NCBI GenBank assembly: GCA_020137815.1
Contig: CM035350.1
Location: forward strand, 248,001-312,000
DNA: 64,000 nucleotides
Origin: Hormiphora californensis
Taxonomy: Eukaryota; Animalia; Ctenophora
Direction of reading: 5' to 3'
Below the pieces are notes generated by a model. That model was not told the origin of the DNA. It was given only the letters and a program-made list of their open reading frames with translations, and did no database searches. A program made the position numbers and the translations under genes. Of the stretch, positions 10,474 to 24,047 are shown piece by piece. Position 1 is the stretch's first letter. Each line of letters begins with the position of its first letter.

Positions 10474-11642
10474 GAGTGAGACATTATACAAGATATTATA
10501 TTATCAGCTGGTACAATATTTGTTTTTATCTTTTCTCCAAAACGGCATTGTGTTCCATTAGTTCTCTCCATATTTAGGACAAGTGTGTTTTACAGTCTGA
10601 CGTCTCACGGCCTCCCTTGCACCTCTGGAGACGTCCCAGCTGGGGGATTATAATAGATATACCACCGGATAAACCTCTGCCTCAGGAGACGAAATCTAGT
10701 ATCTACCACCAGAATTAGAAAAGTGAATCAGTGACAATTCTAAACTTCCTGAGCGGTGCATCTATTATAATCCACGAGCTGTGACGTCTCCGTGAGATCT
10801 CCGGAGGTGCAGCAAGGAAGGTCGTCATCAGATTGGACGGCGTCGCGAGAAACTAGAACTAATTTGTTTGTGATTGCTGCGTCTGGATGACCTACCCGAA
10901 AGTAGTAAAGGCCGCACAGAACACGCTTATTAGCGAAGTTTGAACACTCAACGGGTAACAAAGCAGGTCTGCTTTTCAGACCTGTAGTGCACACAACCCC
11001 TTGCTAAAACACGCCACACTTGCCCTAGCATTGGTTGGGCACGTCTCACTTCTCTGTTCACGCATCCTATAACGGGGCTTGGCATCGGAGGCTGTAGAAG
11101 CTGTTCTTGGTTTAATGCTCTGACAGATTTGAGGAGCAAATGGTGTTGAATGGGTGTGTAATATCACTTGAATTGGGAACCCCCAAAAAAAGAATAGGAC
11201 ATGATCAAAATCACAAGTCTCTATCTCATCAGGGGGTGAAACAATGACCATATTAAATTTCACAAAAGATTGAGGGCTATTGTTATTGGATTTTCCATCA
11301 GAGAGCAACTTATCCGGCCAGTAAATCGGGAACTAAAATAATCCCTGTACCTAGCCATCCATCCGAGTATTATAGCTCTAGTGTTGTTGACACCCCTCGC
11401 GGTACCATCGCCACTTCGATCCCTCAATTGTGTCTATCTCACCAATAACTCATTACTCAACAAGCTGGGACGTCCCCGGGAGATCTCCTGGAGGTACAAC
11501 AAGGCCAGGGAGACCGTTTAACTTTTTTTCATTGTGACACAACATGCCATACTTAGCATAATAGCCCTGCAAGTAACATTTTGTGACATGCACATGTGTA
11601 TGGGCATTTAGGGCTACAACCGTAATACAATTCTATAAGTTT

Positions 11643-11970
11643 GGTAAATGTTAGGGCGTTCTGGTACAGAACACACGTGCACGCGAAATTTACACGTAAT
11701 CAACAAAAGTCCTGCGCTGACAAGTGCCCAGCTCTCTCGCTGGTTTATATTCCGTGTTTGGGTTCGATTTTAGGGCTGTCTTAGGGTTAATTTGGGTTGG
11801 GTTGGTTTTCACGTACCAAGTTACTATGTTGGTGACATTGACACCTAGTACGTGCGAGATCGAGGTCGCGCAGCGACCGAGATCGAGCTCGGACAGACAG
11901 GCGGCACAGACAGGCGGCAATGGCGCCAAGTTACTATGTACCAAAACGCCCTTATCATTTACCGCTTACC
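11643..11970. mobile_element. Degenerate MITE with imperfect TIRs
   Basis: GGTAAATGTTAGGGCGTTCTGGTACA ... TGTACCAAAACGCCCTTATCATTTACC; the right end TTTACCGCTTACC matches the element at 60331-60693. Confidence 0.5.
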
Positions 11971-12359
11971 AATTCAATAGACATCATTTCAAAATCATCT
12001 GGAAAATTTATCTGTACACATATCAGTAATCTGTGAATTTTTTGCTCCATAGAAATAAAACCGGTATTAAAATCAAAGTCTCAAAAACAAGTTGTCATAA
12101 ACACGCATTCGCCATTACCCTTCTCTCTCCCTCTATCTCTCACACACATCACACACACTCGTTCCCTCTCACTGTCTCTATCTCCCGATTTGTCGGGCGT
12201 CTAGCTCTAACTCTAAGAACACAAAACCAACGAACACAAAATATCTTTACGGCGTGTTAAAGCTTGTTCATTTTTTCACCCGGCTTTTCAAATCTCGCCA
12301 TCTGTCTAAGTTGGTCCAATATTACTTGAGAAACAAATTGAAAATTATAAAAATTGAGT

Positions 12360-14056
12360 TCAGTCTTTTCTCCTCGAGTTCAGTTTGGACTGTAGCTCGC
12401 TCATGTTGACGGCAGGCATGCCCATCATTCCCCCTCTTGGGGGTTGGAAACGCCTCGGACTCGGGGCTTGCTCTGGGGCTGGCTCTGAAGAGAAATGATA
12501 TTATTGGTAATTTTTGTTGAAGCGGGGAATCTTCAGTTAAAGAAATAGTTACCTAATTAGCTACTAGTTATCGTTTAAATGTTACCTTCTGGTGATGCAG
12601 TAGGAGGTGAAACGGTCCGTTCTCCAACGCTGCTATTTCTCCCTAGTCTGCTGCCTAGTTCGCCCAGGAAACCAGGTCCCATGGGCATGCCGCCCCCAAA
12701 CCGCTGTGGGGAGGGTTTGGGGGGAGGGGTACAGTCCCCGTTAGCGTGCCCCTTACCTCCCGCAACCTCAAACGGATCAACTGTTTCAATGTCAGTTTTA
12801 ACCGACTTCATAGGACGCTTCTTCTTCGGTCTCACTCGTCCCTTGGTAATTGAGTTGAGTTGCTGTGTTGGTGCTGTGGGACCTCCCAAATCTGCAAACT
12901 CGTCTTCTTTCTGAATAAGAGAGAGGGAGTGAGAGAGTGAGAGAGAGATACTTATTAAACAAATGGGTGTTTACAGGAATAGATCGCGTTCCACTATCGG
13001 GAACCCGAGAGCCGGAAAGTAAATGGGTGTTTAGTTAGGAGACAAGTACCAAAACACTACCTTTTCTTCCTCTTTAGAGGGAATTAAACCATCCAGCACA
13101 TCCTCCCCGTCCTCTACAGTGTCACACCTCACCTTAACCTCCTCATTATCATCCTCCTTCTCTCCTTCCCTCTCTTCCTTCTTTTCCTCCACTGACACCT
13201 TTACAATAGGTTTCTTTGCAATTACTGGTTTCTCTCCAACTGAAGGTTTTCTTGTCTCTTCGGGACTTGGTGACTTGCTTATCGACAGTTTCCTTTCTTC
13301 CTCAACCGTGGACTCGAATTTCTCTTCTGGAACGACATCTGTTAAAGACGCTGAAAGAGTTTCCTTTTCATCTTCGACAGATTTCAAGGCCTCAGGTTCA
13401 GGTGATTTAGCTTTCTCAGGTTCAGGTGATTTAGCTTTCTCAGGTTCAGGCGATTTAGCTTTCTCAGGTTCAGGTGATTTAGCTTTCTCAGGTTCAGGTG
13501 ATTTAGCTTTCTCAGGTTCAGGTGATTTAGCTTTCTCAGGTTCAGGTGATTTAGCTTTCTCAGGTTCAGGTGATTTAGCTTTCTCAGGTTCGGGCGATTT
13601 AGGTTCGGGCGATTTTTCCTGATCTGGACTTTTCCGCTCGGGTTCTGGCGATATTTTCTTGTGTTCTGGAGAAGGTGACCTGGTGCCAAGCTCCGGGGAT
13701 CTCTTGATCAAACTTGTACTAGATGCATCTGAAAAATAAATGGATTATTTTATATCATTAAAGAAAAAGCGAGCGAGAGAGAGAGACTTTAAATAAGAAA
13801 GGGTATACACGTGTGGGGCATGTGATAAAAAAATACAGTGTTACTTACGGGTAATACTGCCAGAAGAAGAAGATCGTTCACTATTTGATTTCACCAGACG
13901 ACCCTTTGGTTTAGCAGCCACTGCTGGTTTTGGCTTGGTGACCGAGGATGTCGAGGAAGATCGACTTGCTGCCACATGTTCAGAAGATGACTGCCGGGTG
14001 TTGAAAGTGTGCCTTCTCTGCTGGAGAGATTCATCTAACTGTTCGTGCTCAGAATC
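12360..14056 (-). CDS. 3' exons of a gene with a disordered tail and a capping-protein-interaction (CPI)-like motif; probably the CARMIL C-terminus
   Basis: Four spliced exons (approx. 14056-13848, 13728-13061, 12911-12586, 12485-12360): KSPEPEKA repeats, LNSITKGRVRPKKKRP (LxHxTxxRPK-like), MPMGPGFLGELGSRL, Pro-rich stretches, stop TGA at 12362-12360. Confidence 0.7.
13392..13615 (-). repeat. 24-bp coding tandem repeat (KSPEPEKA)n
   Basis: About 8-9 near-identical in-frame copies inside ORF 13031..13711. Confidence 0.95.
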
Positions 14057-14657
14057 CTGGAGAGGGGTGGACATATGTTATTAAGAAGGTGATATCACCA
14101 TATTACGTGGGTGTAATATTTCTAGTAGGAAGAGGATGTACATTGTACAGACTACAGGAAGGCATGGGCAGTGCATTGGACACTAAACAGAAGATAGATT
14201 AGCCAAAGACTTGTCTCATATGCATGATAAGACTGTCCTCTCCGCACCGGGCCTTCGGCCTGCGGCTACGTGAGGCCTCGTAGCAGCTTTAGCGATGTTA
14301 CAGTCAGTGTCTGACAACCAAAGACATGAAATACATTTGAAAACAACTAAACAGATTCTAGTTACTAGCAGCCAAGACAATCTGAGAGACTCCTCACCTT
14401 CAAATGACTATAGGTTACAGCGGGTGGCTCATTCTTGCGGAGACAGGAAAATATCTTTCCCATCTTAGCAAAACTACAGCAGGATCGCCTCACATCAACG
14501 CATACCGGAGAGCAGAGTTAAGAAACGCAAGGGAACGTCAGTGGAGAGAGAAATGAGGGTGAGAGAGCGGGTGGCGTGTGTGTGCGTATACAAATAAGGG
14601 CAAATGGATCCTGCTGCTCTCCCTCTATACACAGTTTATACCGTACAGTAGAAGGGG

Positions 14658-14792
<135 letters not shown>

Positions 14793-15105
14793 CGAGGCAA
14801 GCATAAATTCTAGGAAAGGTGACTGAAACTGACTAAGCAGCTGGTTCAGAACAAATGAACGTATCATCACACATGAGCAAGAGAGAGAGAGAGGTAGCTG
14901 GTAGAGAATGATAGCATTGAGAGCATATGGGAGTGATGGCTGAAGTATCTTCTGATGAGTCATCTTCATTTGGAGGGCAGAGTACACAAATTACACAGTA
15001 AACACACATGCATGTTCCGCGTGTACGACAGTTTTTGATTGATTGTACTCGTAGTGGATAGTATGGATTAAAGAGAGCTTGGAGAGGAAGAGAGAGGAAG
15101 AGAGA

Positions 15106-15155
<50 letters not shown>

Positions 15156-16343
15156 AAAGAAATACAGACACTCTGGTAGCTATATAAGGTAAGGAGGAAG
15201 CTCCTACCTTTCTACATCTCTCACATTTCTCACATGCCATCTCTCTAGCATTTTCTCTTCCCTCACATGTCACTCTAATGTACAATGAGACCAGGACGGG
15301 GGTGGTGTGTTGAGGGACCCAACTGTCTCATGGCTGAAAATGTCCAGAGTTGGGAAATGCATTTTCTAACCCTGGATGTTCTCAGCCATCAGACGTTTTC
15401 CCATAAATAATTTATTATATCATTTGTATTCATTCAAATGAGGTCCAAGTGCTTTATGGGACAATGTACAGAAATATGCAATGTCGGACTTTAAACAAGA
15501 TAGTTGACGGACAAGGAAGATAACCTAAATCAGGATGCGAAAGAGGTAAAACACGAGGGGTATAACAGATGAGGACAGGTGTGTTTTACAACAGGCTCGG
15601 TATTCAACACAACTATATAAAACCAGCTTGAGACAGTGTCTCTTACACATCTAACAGAGGGAGACTGCAAGTATATGAATATCCGTCACACCATTCAGCA
15701 AGGGGGAACTACACAGTAGGAACTATATTTCTTGTACACCGAGCTAGGGAATTCAAGAGGAATGCTTGTGTGCGTTTCAGGGTGATTCTATTCAAGTGTA
15801 TTAGACACTGTATTTAAAGACTTGGAGCAACAAAAATAGTTATTGTATGGGATATGGCGGGGGAGATAGTGAGAGATACAAGATATAGATAGAGAGAGAG
15901 GGTAGGGACTTGGGGAAGCTTGAGCCTTCAAGTGTCAGCACATTCCAACAAAAGAGTGTGTAACACGCTGCGAGGTCATATTGCACTTTATATGCAAGAA
16001 AAGAGAAAGAGAGGGAACGCATAGAGGGGAGAGAGATAGAGTGAGGGAGGGAGAGAGAGAGAGAGCCTTTGTAGAAGAGAGTACTTTTGATACTTTTGAG
16101 AGTGGTTATGTGAACTGGAAATTAATCACACTCAAGTTATGTAGCAAGTGAGAAAGTGGTCAATGATTGAAAACTACGGCAGACGTTAGAGGTTGGACTA
16201 TGATAATACATTACATTGATATTGGTATGTATATGTACTATGCAGTGAATGAATAATTTATACCTTGTCTTGTCGTACGGTATTTTCGACCTCCCTGTTC
16301 TTCGCAGCCAAAGATGCTTCTTCAACCTGGGTGGATAAGGAGA

Positions 16344-17577
16344 TTAGATACTGGGATGCTGGGGTGTTCAACTTGTGCTCTAGAAGTTTAGATACTGGGA
16401 TGCTGGGGTGTTCAACTTGTGCTCTAGAAGTTTAGATACTGGGATAGTGGGGTGTTCAACTTGTGCTCTAGAAGTTTAGATACTGGGATACTGGGATGTT
16501 CAACTTGTGCTCTTGAAGTTTAGATACTGGGATACTGGGATGTTCAACTTGTGCTCTAGAAGTTTAGATACTGGGATACTGGGATGTTCAACTTGTGCTC
16601 TAGAAGTTTAGATACTGGGATACTGGGATGTTCAACTTGTGCTCTAGAAGTTTAGATACTGGGATAGTGGGGTGTTCAACTTGTGCTCTAGAAGTTTAGA
16701 TACTGGGATACTGGGATGTTCAACTTGTGCTCTAGAAGTTTAGATACTGGGATAGTGGGGTGTTCAACTTGTGCTCTAGAAGTTTAGATACTGGGATAGT
16801 GGAGTGTTCAACTTGTGCTCTAGAAGTTTAGATACTGGGATAGTGGGGTGTTCAACTTGTGCTTTAGAAGTTTAGATACTGGGATAGGGGAGTGTTCAAC
16901 TTGTGCTCTAGAAGTTTAGATACTGGGATAGTGGGGTGTTCAACTTGTGCTCTAGAAGTTTAGATACTGGGATAGTGGGGTGTTCAACTTGTGCTCTAGA
17001 AGTTTAGATACTGGGATAGTGGAGTGTTCAACTTGTGCTCTAGAAGTTTAGATACTGGGATAGTGGGGTGTTCAACTTGTGCTCTAGAAGTTTAGATACT
17101 GGGATACTGGGGTGTTCAACTTGTGCTCTAGAAGTTTAGATACTGGGATAGTGGGGTGTTCAACTTGTGCTCTAGAAGTTTAGATACCGGGATAGTGGGG
17201 TGTTCAACTTGTGCTCTAGAAGTTTAGATACTGGGATAGTGGGGTGTTCAACTTGTGCTCTAGAAGTTTAGATACTGGGATACTGGGGTGTTCAACTTGT
17301 GCTCTAGAAGTTTAGATACTGGGATAGTGGGGTGTTCAACTTGTGCTCTAGAAGTTTAGATACTGGGATAGTGGGGTGTTCAACTTGTGCTCTAGAAGTT
17401 TAGATACCGGGATAGTGGGGTGTTCAACTTGTGCTCTAGAAGTTTAGATACTGGGATAGTGGGGTGTTTCAACTTGTGCTCTAGAAGTTTAGATACTGGG
17501 ATAGTGGGGTGTTCAACTTGTGCTTTAGAAGTTTAGATACTGGATAGTGGGGTGTTCAACTTGTGCTCTAGAAGTTT
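16344..17577. repeat. 44-bp minisatellite, ~28 copies (also 22078-23330, noisy, and 30721-30941, ~5 copies)
   Basis: Unit GTGTTCAACTTGTGCTCTAGAAGTTTAGATACTGGGATAGTGGG, head-to-tail, no unique spacers. Confidence 0.97.
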
Positions 17578-19196
17578 AACTAAAAATGGTGTGGGGGAAA
17601 TCTGGGGGTTAAAATCTACAACTAAAATGGAAAGACGGTCACCCAATTTAAACGGGTTTGTGACCCGATCTAAGAAAATTTAAACCCTCCAGTCATAAGT
17701 CCAGGGGGGGGAGGGTGGCAGTCCCTCAAGGGGGCATAACACGCGGTTGTAAACAGATGGGAAAGGGCTGCATGCACTTTGGGGATTTTTTTTAAAAACT
17801 TAGGGCCCTTTGGAAAATTATAAAACGTATCCCCAAAAACCATCAAAAACCCCCCGGGCAAATAAAAGAAAGAGGGTGTTTTTTTCCGGTCTCAAACTTT
17901 TTTCAAAAAACCCCCTTAAGGAAATTTTTCGGAGGGGCTTGAAATCTTTTTAAAAATCCCTTTCACAAACTATACCCCACCCCCAACTTGTCGTTGAGTA
18001 AAAGAGGGGAGGGGAAGAGAGGAGAGAGAGGGGAGGGGAGAGAAGAAAAGAGGAGAGGAAGAGGAGAGAGAGAGAGAGAGAGCGAGAGAGAATGAGTGAA
18101 AAGAAGCCCTTGTTGTTGCGGGGCAACCTCCCTCCCCAAATCCCCTTTTTTTCCCTCTCCCTTAACTCCCCCTCCCCCCCCGGCATTTTTTCTTTTTAAA
18201 TCTTTCTCTCTCTCCTCTCCCCTCTCTCTTCTCTCCTTCTCCTCTCTCTTTTCCCCTCTCTCTCTCTCTTCCCTCCCCCTTTTCCCCTTCCCTTTTCTTT
18301 TTTTCCTCTCTTTATCTCCATCACCCCAGGGCCCCCCTCCCGCAATTTATCTCACCTGCTGTTGGCCCTCGAAGGGGGGAATTTGGGGGAAAGGGTGGCT
18401 CCCACAACAACCATCCTAAATTGAAAACTTTAAAATGGGCATAAAAATGACGGATGGGCTTTACAAAAGGGGAAAAACCGCACGAGAGAAGTGGGGGCCA
18501 CATTTTGCCAGGCCTCCCCTCTCTGTGTATATCACACAGGGGGAAACCCACTTGATGCCCCTCCCACTCGGGGGGGCGTTTGCCCTACGTTTATTGGCAA
18601 AGTTTTATACCCAAACTCTTAGAGTTTGGGGTGCACGCAACAAAAATTAGTGAATAATCGAGGAATAGAAATGGGCAATTAAAAAACCCCCCTCCTCTCC
18701 CCCCCCCCCCCCCACCCCCCCCCCACACACCCCCCCTCTCTCCCCTCCCCCTTCCCCCGGTTTCCCTCTCCCCTTCTTTTCCCCCGCTCTCTCTCTTCTC
18801 TCCCTCATCCCCTTTTCCTCTTTTGTCTCTCTTTCCTCCCTCGTCCCCCCGTTCTCTCTTTTCCTTCCCTTTCTCCCCCCTCCTTTTCCCCCCTCTCCTC
18901 TCTCTCTCCCCCTTCCCATCTCTCCCCTTCCCCTCTTTTTTCTCTCTCCTTTTTTTTATATTTGGGTTGCTGGGGAAAAATAAAGATAGCAAACCAAAAT
19001 TTCCCGGAAACTATTATATATTTTATAAAATATAGGGGAAAAACTACCCCACCCCCAAACACAGCTATAAAATTACCTTGGGGGCATGGGGGGGAATAGC
19101 TTTTTAAACCCATAAAAATCCACCACTTTTTCCAAAAATCTTAGTCCCCCGCTTTTTTAAAAATTAAACTTTCCTGAAAAGATGTGTGGTAGATAT

Positions 19197-19253
<57 letters not shown>

Positions 19254-20027
19254 TTATTCCCCTTTTTAGTTATTCCAGGGGCTGCGATCTTTTTGGGGGG
19301 GAATCATAGCTGGGAACAAATCGAGCATGTTCCCTCAATCACAAAACAAAGTATGCTCTTCTGGTTGTGCTGTTGCACAATACAATCTTCTGGAACCAAG
19401 TTCTTGTTCTGTTCCATAATGCCGCGGTAAAGTGCAGGGCCCTTCAGCTGATCTACAAGTGTGCTTATCAAAGGAAAGGAGCTGATTTTAAATAAACATA
19501 TAAGGGGGCCCAAACCCGTCCCCCCAGGCCCCCCCGAGCCGTTCTTGTTTAGAGGATGTTGAAGGGCACATACCAGTTCCCTTTACAATTTATGGTTTAT
19601 TGTAAACCCTATCCCCTGATTTAAAACAGGTTTTTTGATTTTATCAGAGTGTTTGCATGCAAATTTTTCCCTGGATCAAATCTAATTACCCAAGGGGGAA
19701 TTTTGGTATTGGGAGATGTTTCCAATCCTAAATGGAGTGACTGTTAGGGGCCATCCATTTCCATGTACAAAATGAGCGGGTCTAAAAGGGGCCAGTTGGG
19801 TACCATATGGGGGGCAAAAATGTTGACCCAAAATTTAGGGGGATTAAAAAGGGGGCGGGACCCTGGATCAGTTACCAACTTTGTTTTCCAACAACGATCC
19901 TCTGCAACAAATCCTGTAAAACAACGATCCTCTACAACAACACCCAGCAAATCCTGTAAAACAACACCTAACAAATCCTCTGCAACAACTGCAACGCCCA
20001 GTTCTACACATCACTACTTCTCGACTA

Positions 20028-20372
20028 TGGACAGAATGCCACTGGGATACAACATGGGCAATGGAAACCCCAACATACCACAAAACGGTAACGGTCCTAA
20101 ACTGATGAGACCTTCTCTCTCTATCGCTATCTCTCTATCTCTATCTCTATCTCTTTCTAATTCTCTTTCTCTAGCACCTATATCTCATTTCTTGCAAGTA
20201 AATTCCTGTTATTTAATCGTAAAACTTCCATATTAGGCTACTCAAGAAGCGTTAGGAGCAACTGTTATCCTACAATTCCATCTCCATCTCTACCCTCCCT
20301 ACCATCCCTACCCCCTGCCTGCTGGGAACCCCCTACTGCAGAGAAGAGGCTTCTAGTAAACGCACGACAGAG
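20028..20372 (+). pseudogene. Duplicate of bHLH exons 1-2, lacking the HLH exon
   Basis: Near-identical to 38178-38497; the downstream intron carries an insertion and similarity ends before the acceptor. May be an assembly duplicate. Confidence 0.7.
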
Positions 20373-20447
20373 GTAAAACTAGTGAAAATTAGATAGCTTT
20401 GTCATCACATGTGGGATAAGAGCTGCAATTATAAGAGTGGGCGGTAC

Positions 20448-21196
20448 ATTGTAGGATTTTATTATGCCTATAAGTTGTACCTGAAAACTTATAACACGAG
20501 ACCGAAGGTCGAGTGTTATAAGTGCAACAATAATGATCCGAGACCACAGGTCGAGGCAGATTCTTGTACTTTAGTGCACGAGCCTGCGAGTGTCACTAAG
20601 TGTAACTACCTCACGAGCCTGCGAGTGATGTAGTTTTACTTTTTGACCGAGCCTGCGAGGTCTAAAAGTGTAAGAATCTGGGACATTATTGTTGACGTCA
20701 GGTACAACGGAAATAGGCATAATAAAATTGCATTGTAAAATTTTTTAAACAAGAGTGAGAGACACTTTAGGGTGTAACAATAGAACGAATTCATGATAAG
20801 GTAGCAGGTAGAGATATCAGTATAAGATAAGATAACGCCTGAGATAGGTAAAGAGAGTGAGAGTGAGAGAGATAAAGAATGTGCGGGTCCGGGAGTTCGT
20901 AACTGTTATCTTGGTCTCGGTGCTGCAACGGCTTGAGAGTGTGACATAAAGAAAGAGAGAGAGAGAGAGGGAGTTCGTACACGTTTATCTTTCTAACGGT
21001 TTTTAATTGTGACAGAAACAGTGGAATTCTAAGTGCAGCAGTGTTATAAGTTTTCATGTATCACTGGGGGGGTGTTATAAGTGAAAACTTATAACACTGG
21101 GGTGTTATAAGTGAAAACTTATAACACTGGGGGTGTTATAAGTTGTACAAGCAGTGCTACCTAAAGAATTATATTATATCTCAAAATTTTACAATG
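20448..21196. mobile_element. Non-autonomous insertion with internal inverted repeats (family uncertain)
   Basis: Absent from copy C (GGTACATTGATAGTT at ~38568); contains ATTTTATTATGCCTA/TAGGCATAATAAAAT, CATTGTAAAATTTT/AAAATTTTACAATG and repeated CGAGCCTGCGAG motifs. Confidence 0.65.
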
Positions 21197-23758
21197 ATAG
21201 TTATATTTCTCTATCTCACTCTCTCTCTCTATCTCCTCACACACTCTCACTACCTCTCTTTTTTTCATTTAAACAAGATAGTTGAACGGACAAGAAGATA
21301 ACCTAAATCAGGATGCGAAAGAGGTAAAACAGGGGTATAACAGATGAGGACAGTGTGTTTTACAACAGGCTCGGTATTCAACACAACTATAAAACCAGCT
21401 TTAGACAGTGTCTTACACATCTAACAGAAGGAGACTGCAAGTAATGAAATATCCGTCACACCATTCAGCAAGGGGGAACTACACAGTAGGAACTATATTT
21501 CTTTACACCGAGCTAGGGAATTCAAGAGGAATGCTTGTTGCGTTTAGGGTGGATTCTATTCAGTGTATTAGACACTGTATTTAAAGACTTGAGCAACAAA
21601 ATGTTTATTGTATGGATATGGCGGGGAGATAGTGAAGATATAAGATATAGATAGAGAGAGAGGTAGGGACTTGGGGAAGCTTGAGCCTTCAAGTGTCAGC
21701 AATCCAACAAAGAGTGTGTAACACGCTGCAGGTCATATTGCACTTTATTGCAAGAAAGAGAGGAGAACGCATAGAGGGGAGAGAGATAAGTGAGGTGAGG
21801 GAGAGAGAGAGAGAGCCTTTGTAGAAGAGTACTTTTGATACTTTTGAGATGGTTTGGAACTGGAAATATAATCAACTCAAGTTATGTAGCAAGTGAGAAG
21901 TGGTCAATGATTGAAAACTACGGCAGACGTTAGAGTTGGACTATGATAATACCATTATGATATTGTATATGTACTATGCAGTGAATGAATAATTTATACC
22001 TTTTCTTGTCGTACGGTGTCTTCGACCTCCTCTGTTCTTGCAGCCAAAGATGCTTCTTCAACCTGGGTGGTAGGAGATTAGATACTGGGATGTGGGTGTT
22101 CACTTGTGCTCTAAATTTAGATACGGGGATGTGTGGTTTCAACTTGTGCTCTAGAAGTTTAGATACTGGGATAGTGGGGATGTTCAACTGTGTCTCGAAT
22201 TTTAGATACTGGATACAGTGGGTTTCACTTGTGCTCTAGAAGTTTAGATACTGGGATATATGGAGTGTTCAACTTGTGCTCTAGAGTTTTAGATACTGGG
22301 ATATGGATGTTCAACCTTGTTCTCTAGAAGTTTAGAATACTGGGATACTGGGATGTTCACTTGTGCTCTAGAAGTTTAGATACTGGGATAGTGGGGTGTT
22401 TCAACTTGTGCTCTAGAAGTTTAGATACTGGATACCTGGGATGTTCAACTTGTGCTCTAGCAGTTTAGATACTGGGATAGTGGGGTGTCAACTTGTGCTC
22501 TGAAGTTTAGATACTGGGAAGTGGAGTGTTTTCAACTGTGTGCTCGAGAAGTTAGATACTGGGATAGGGGGTTTCCAACTTGTGCTTTAGAAGTTTAGAT
22601 ACTGGGATAGGGGAGTGTTCACTTGTTGCTCTAGAAGTTTAGATACTGGGATATTGGGGTGGGTTCAACTTGTGCTCTAGGAAGTTTTAATGGACTTGGG
22701 ATAGTGGGGTGTTCAACTTGTGCTCTAGTAAGTTTTAGATACTGGGATAGTGGAGTTGTTCAACTTGTGCTCTAGAAAGTTTAGATAATGGATGTGGGGC
22801 AGTGGGGGTGTTCAATTGTGCTCTAGAAGTGTTAGAATACTGGGATCTGGGGTGTTCAACTTTGTGCTCTATGAAGTTTAGATAACTGGGATAGTGGGGT
22901 GTTCAACTTGTGCTCTAGAAGTTTAGATACCGGGATAAGTGGGGTGTTCAACTTGTGCTCTAGAAGTTTAGATACTGGATAGTGGGGTGTTCAACTTGAT
23001 GCTCCCTAGAAGTTTAGATACATGGGAACTGGTGTGTTTCAAGCTTGTATCTAGATAGTTTAGAATACTGGGAATAGTGGGGTGGTTCAACTTGTGGGGC
23101 TCTAGAAAGTTTTAGATACTGGGATAGTGGGGTGTTCAACTTGTGCTCTAGAAGTTTAGATACGGGATAGTGGAGTGTTTTTCAACTTGTGCTCTAGAAG
23201 TTTGATACTGGGATAGTGGGTGTTCAACTTGTACTCTAGAAGTTTAGATACTGGGATAGTGGGTGTTCAACTTGTGCTCTAGAAGTTTAGGTACTGGATA
23301 GTGGGTGTTCAACTTGTGCTCTAGAAGTTTACTACAATGGTGTGTGGGGTATCTAGGTCAAATCTAGCAACTAAAATAGAAATTGACGTGTCAGCCAATT
23401 ATCTGGATTGATGAACCCGATCTAAGAAAGTTAACTCCAGTGCTATAAGACCCATGGAAGGGAGGGGGCAGTGCTCAAGTGGCATAACGACGCGTGGTTG
23501 TAACACAGATAGGAAAGCTGCATGCACGTGAGGATATTCTTTGAAACTTGATGACCTGGCAATTATAGGTAACGTATCTCCAAAACTCATCAAACAACCC
23601 CCCGGGCAAATACAGAGAAAGAGGGTGTTTATCCGGTCTCGAACTGAGTCACAAAACTCCTTAAGGTATCTTCGGATTGGCTTGCATCATTTCAAATACC
23701 TCACACAAAACTATACCCACACAACTTGTCGTGTGAGTGAAAGAGAGGGACGGGAGTG

Positions 23759-23845
<87 letters not shown>

Positions 23846-23998
23846 ATAGAGGAAAAGAAGACCTTGTTGTATACGTTGGCAAGGCATACGTCGCCAATCT
23901 CCTATACTTTTCCTCTCGCCTTAACTCCCCCTGCAACTTCCTTTTCGGCAACTTTTCATCTCTCAATCTTCCTCTCTCTCTCTCTCCCCTCCTTTCTA

Positions 23999-24047
<49 letters not shown>

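Noticed and set aside
10595-11520. Degenerate inverted repeats downstream of SAP30BP as an RNA gene
   Set aside because: No recognisable RNA family; more likely old MITE fragments whose ends I cannot define.
13119-13622. (GSGDLAFS)n ORF on the + strand
   Set aside because: Antisense shadow of the KSPEPEKA exon, which has proper splice sites on the minus strand.
16344-17577. CRISPR-like regular array
   Set aside because: Units are head-to-tail with no unique spacers, there are no cas genes, and the context is eukaryotic: a minisatellite.
17580-19870. Gly/Lys/Pro/Phe-rich ORFs here and at 31900-34740
   Set aside because: Products of homopolymer-inflated sequence; cleaner copies of the 17.6-19.9 kb segment lack them.
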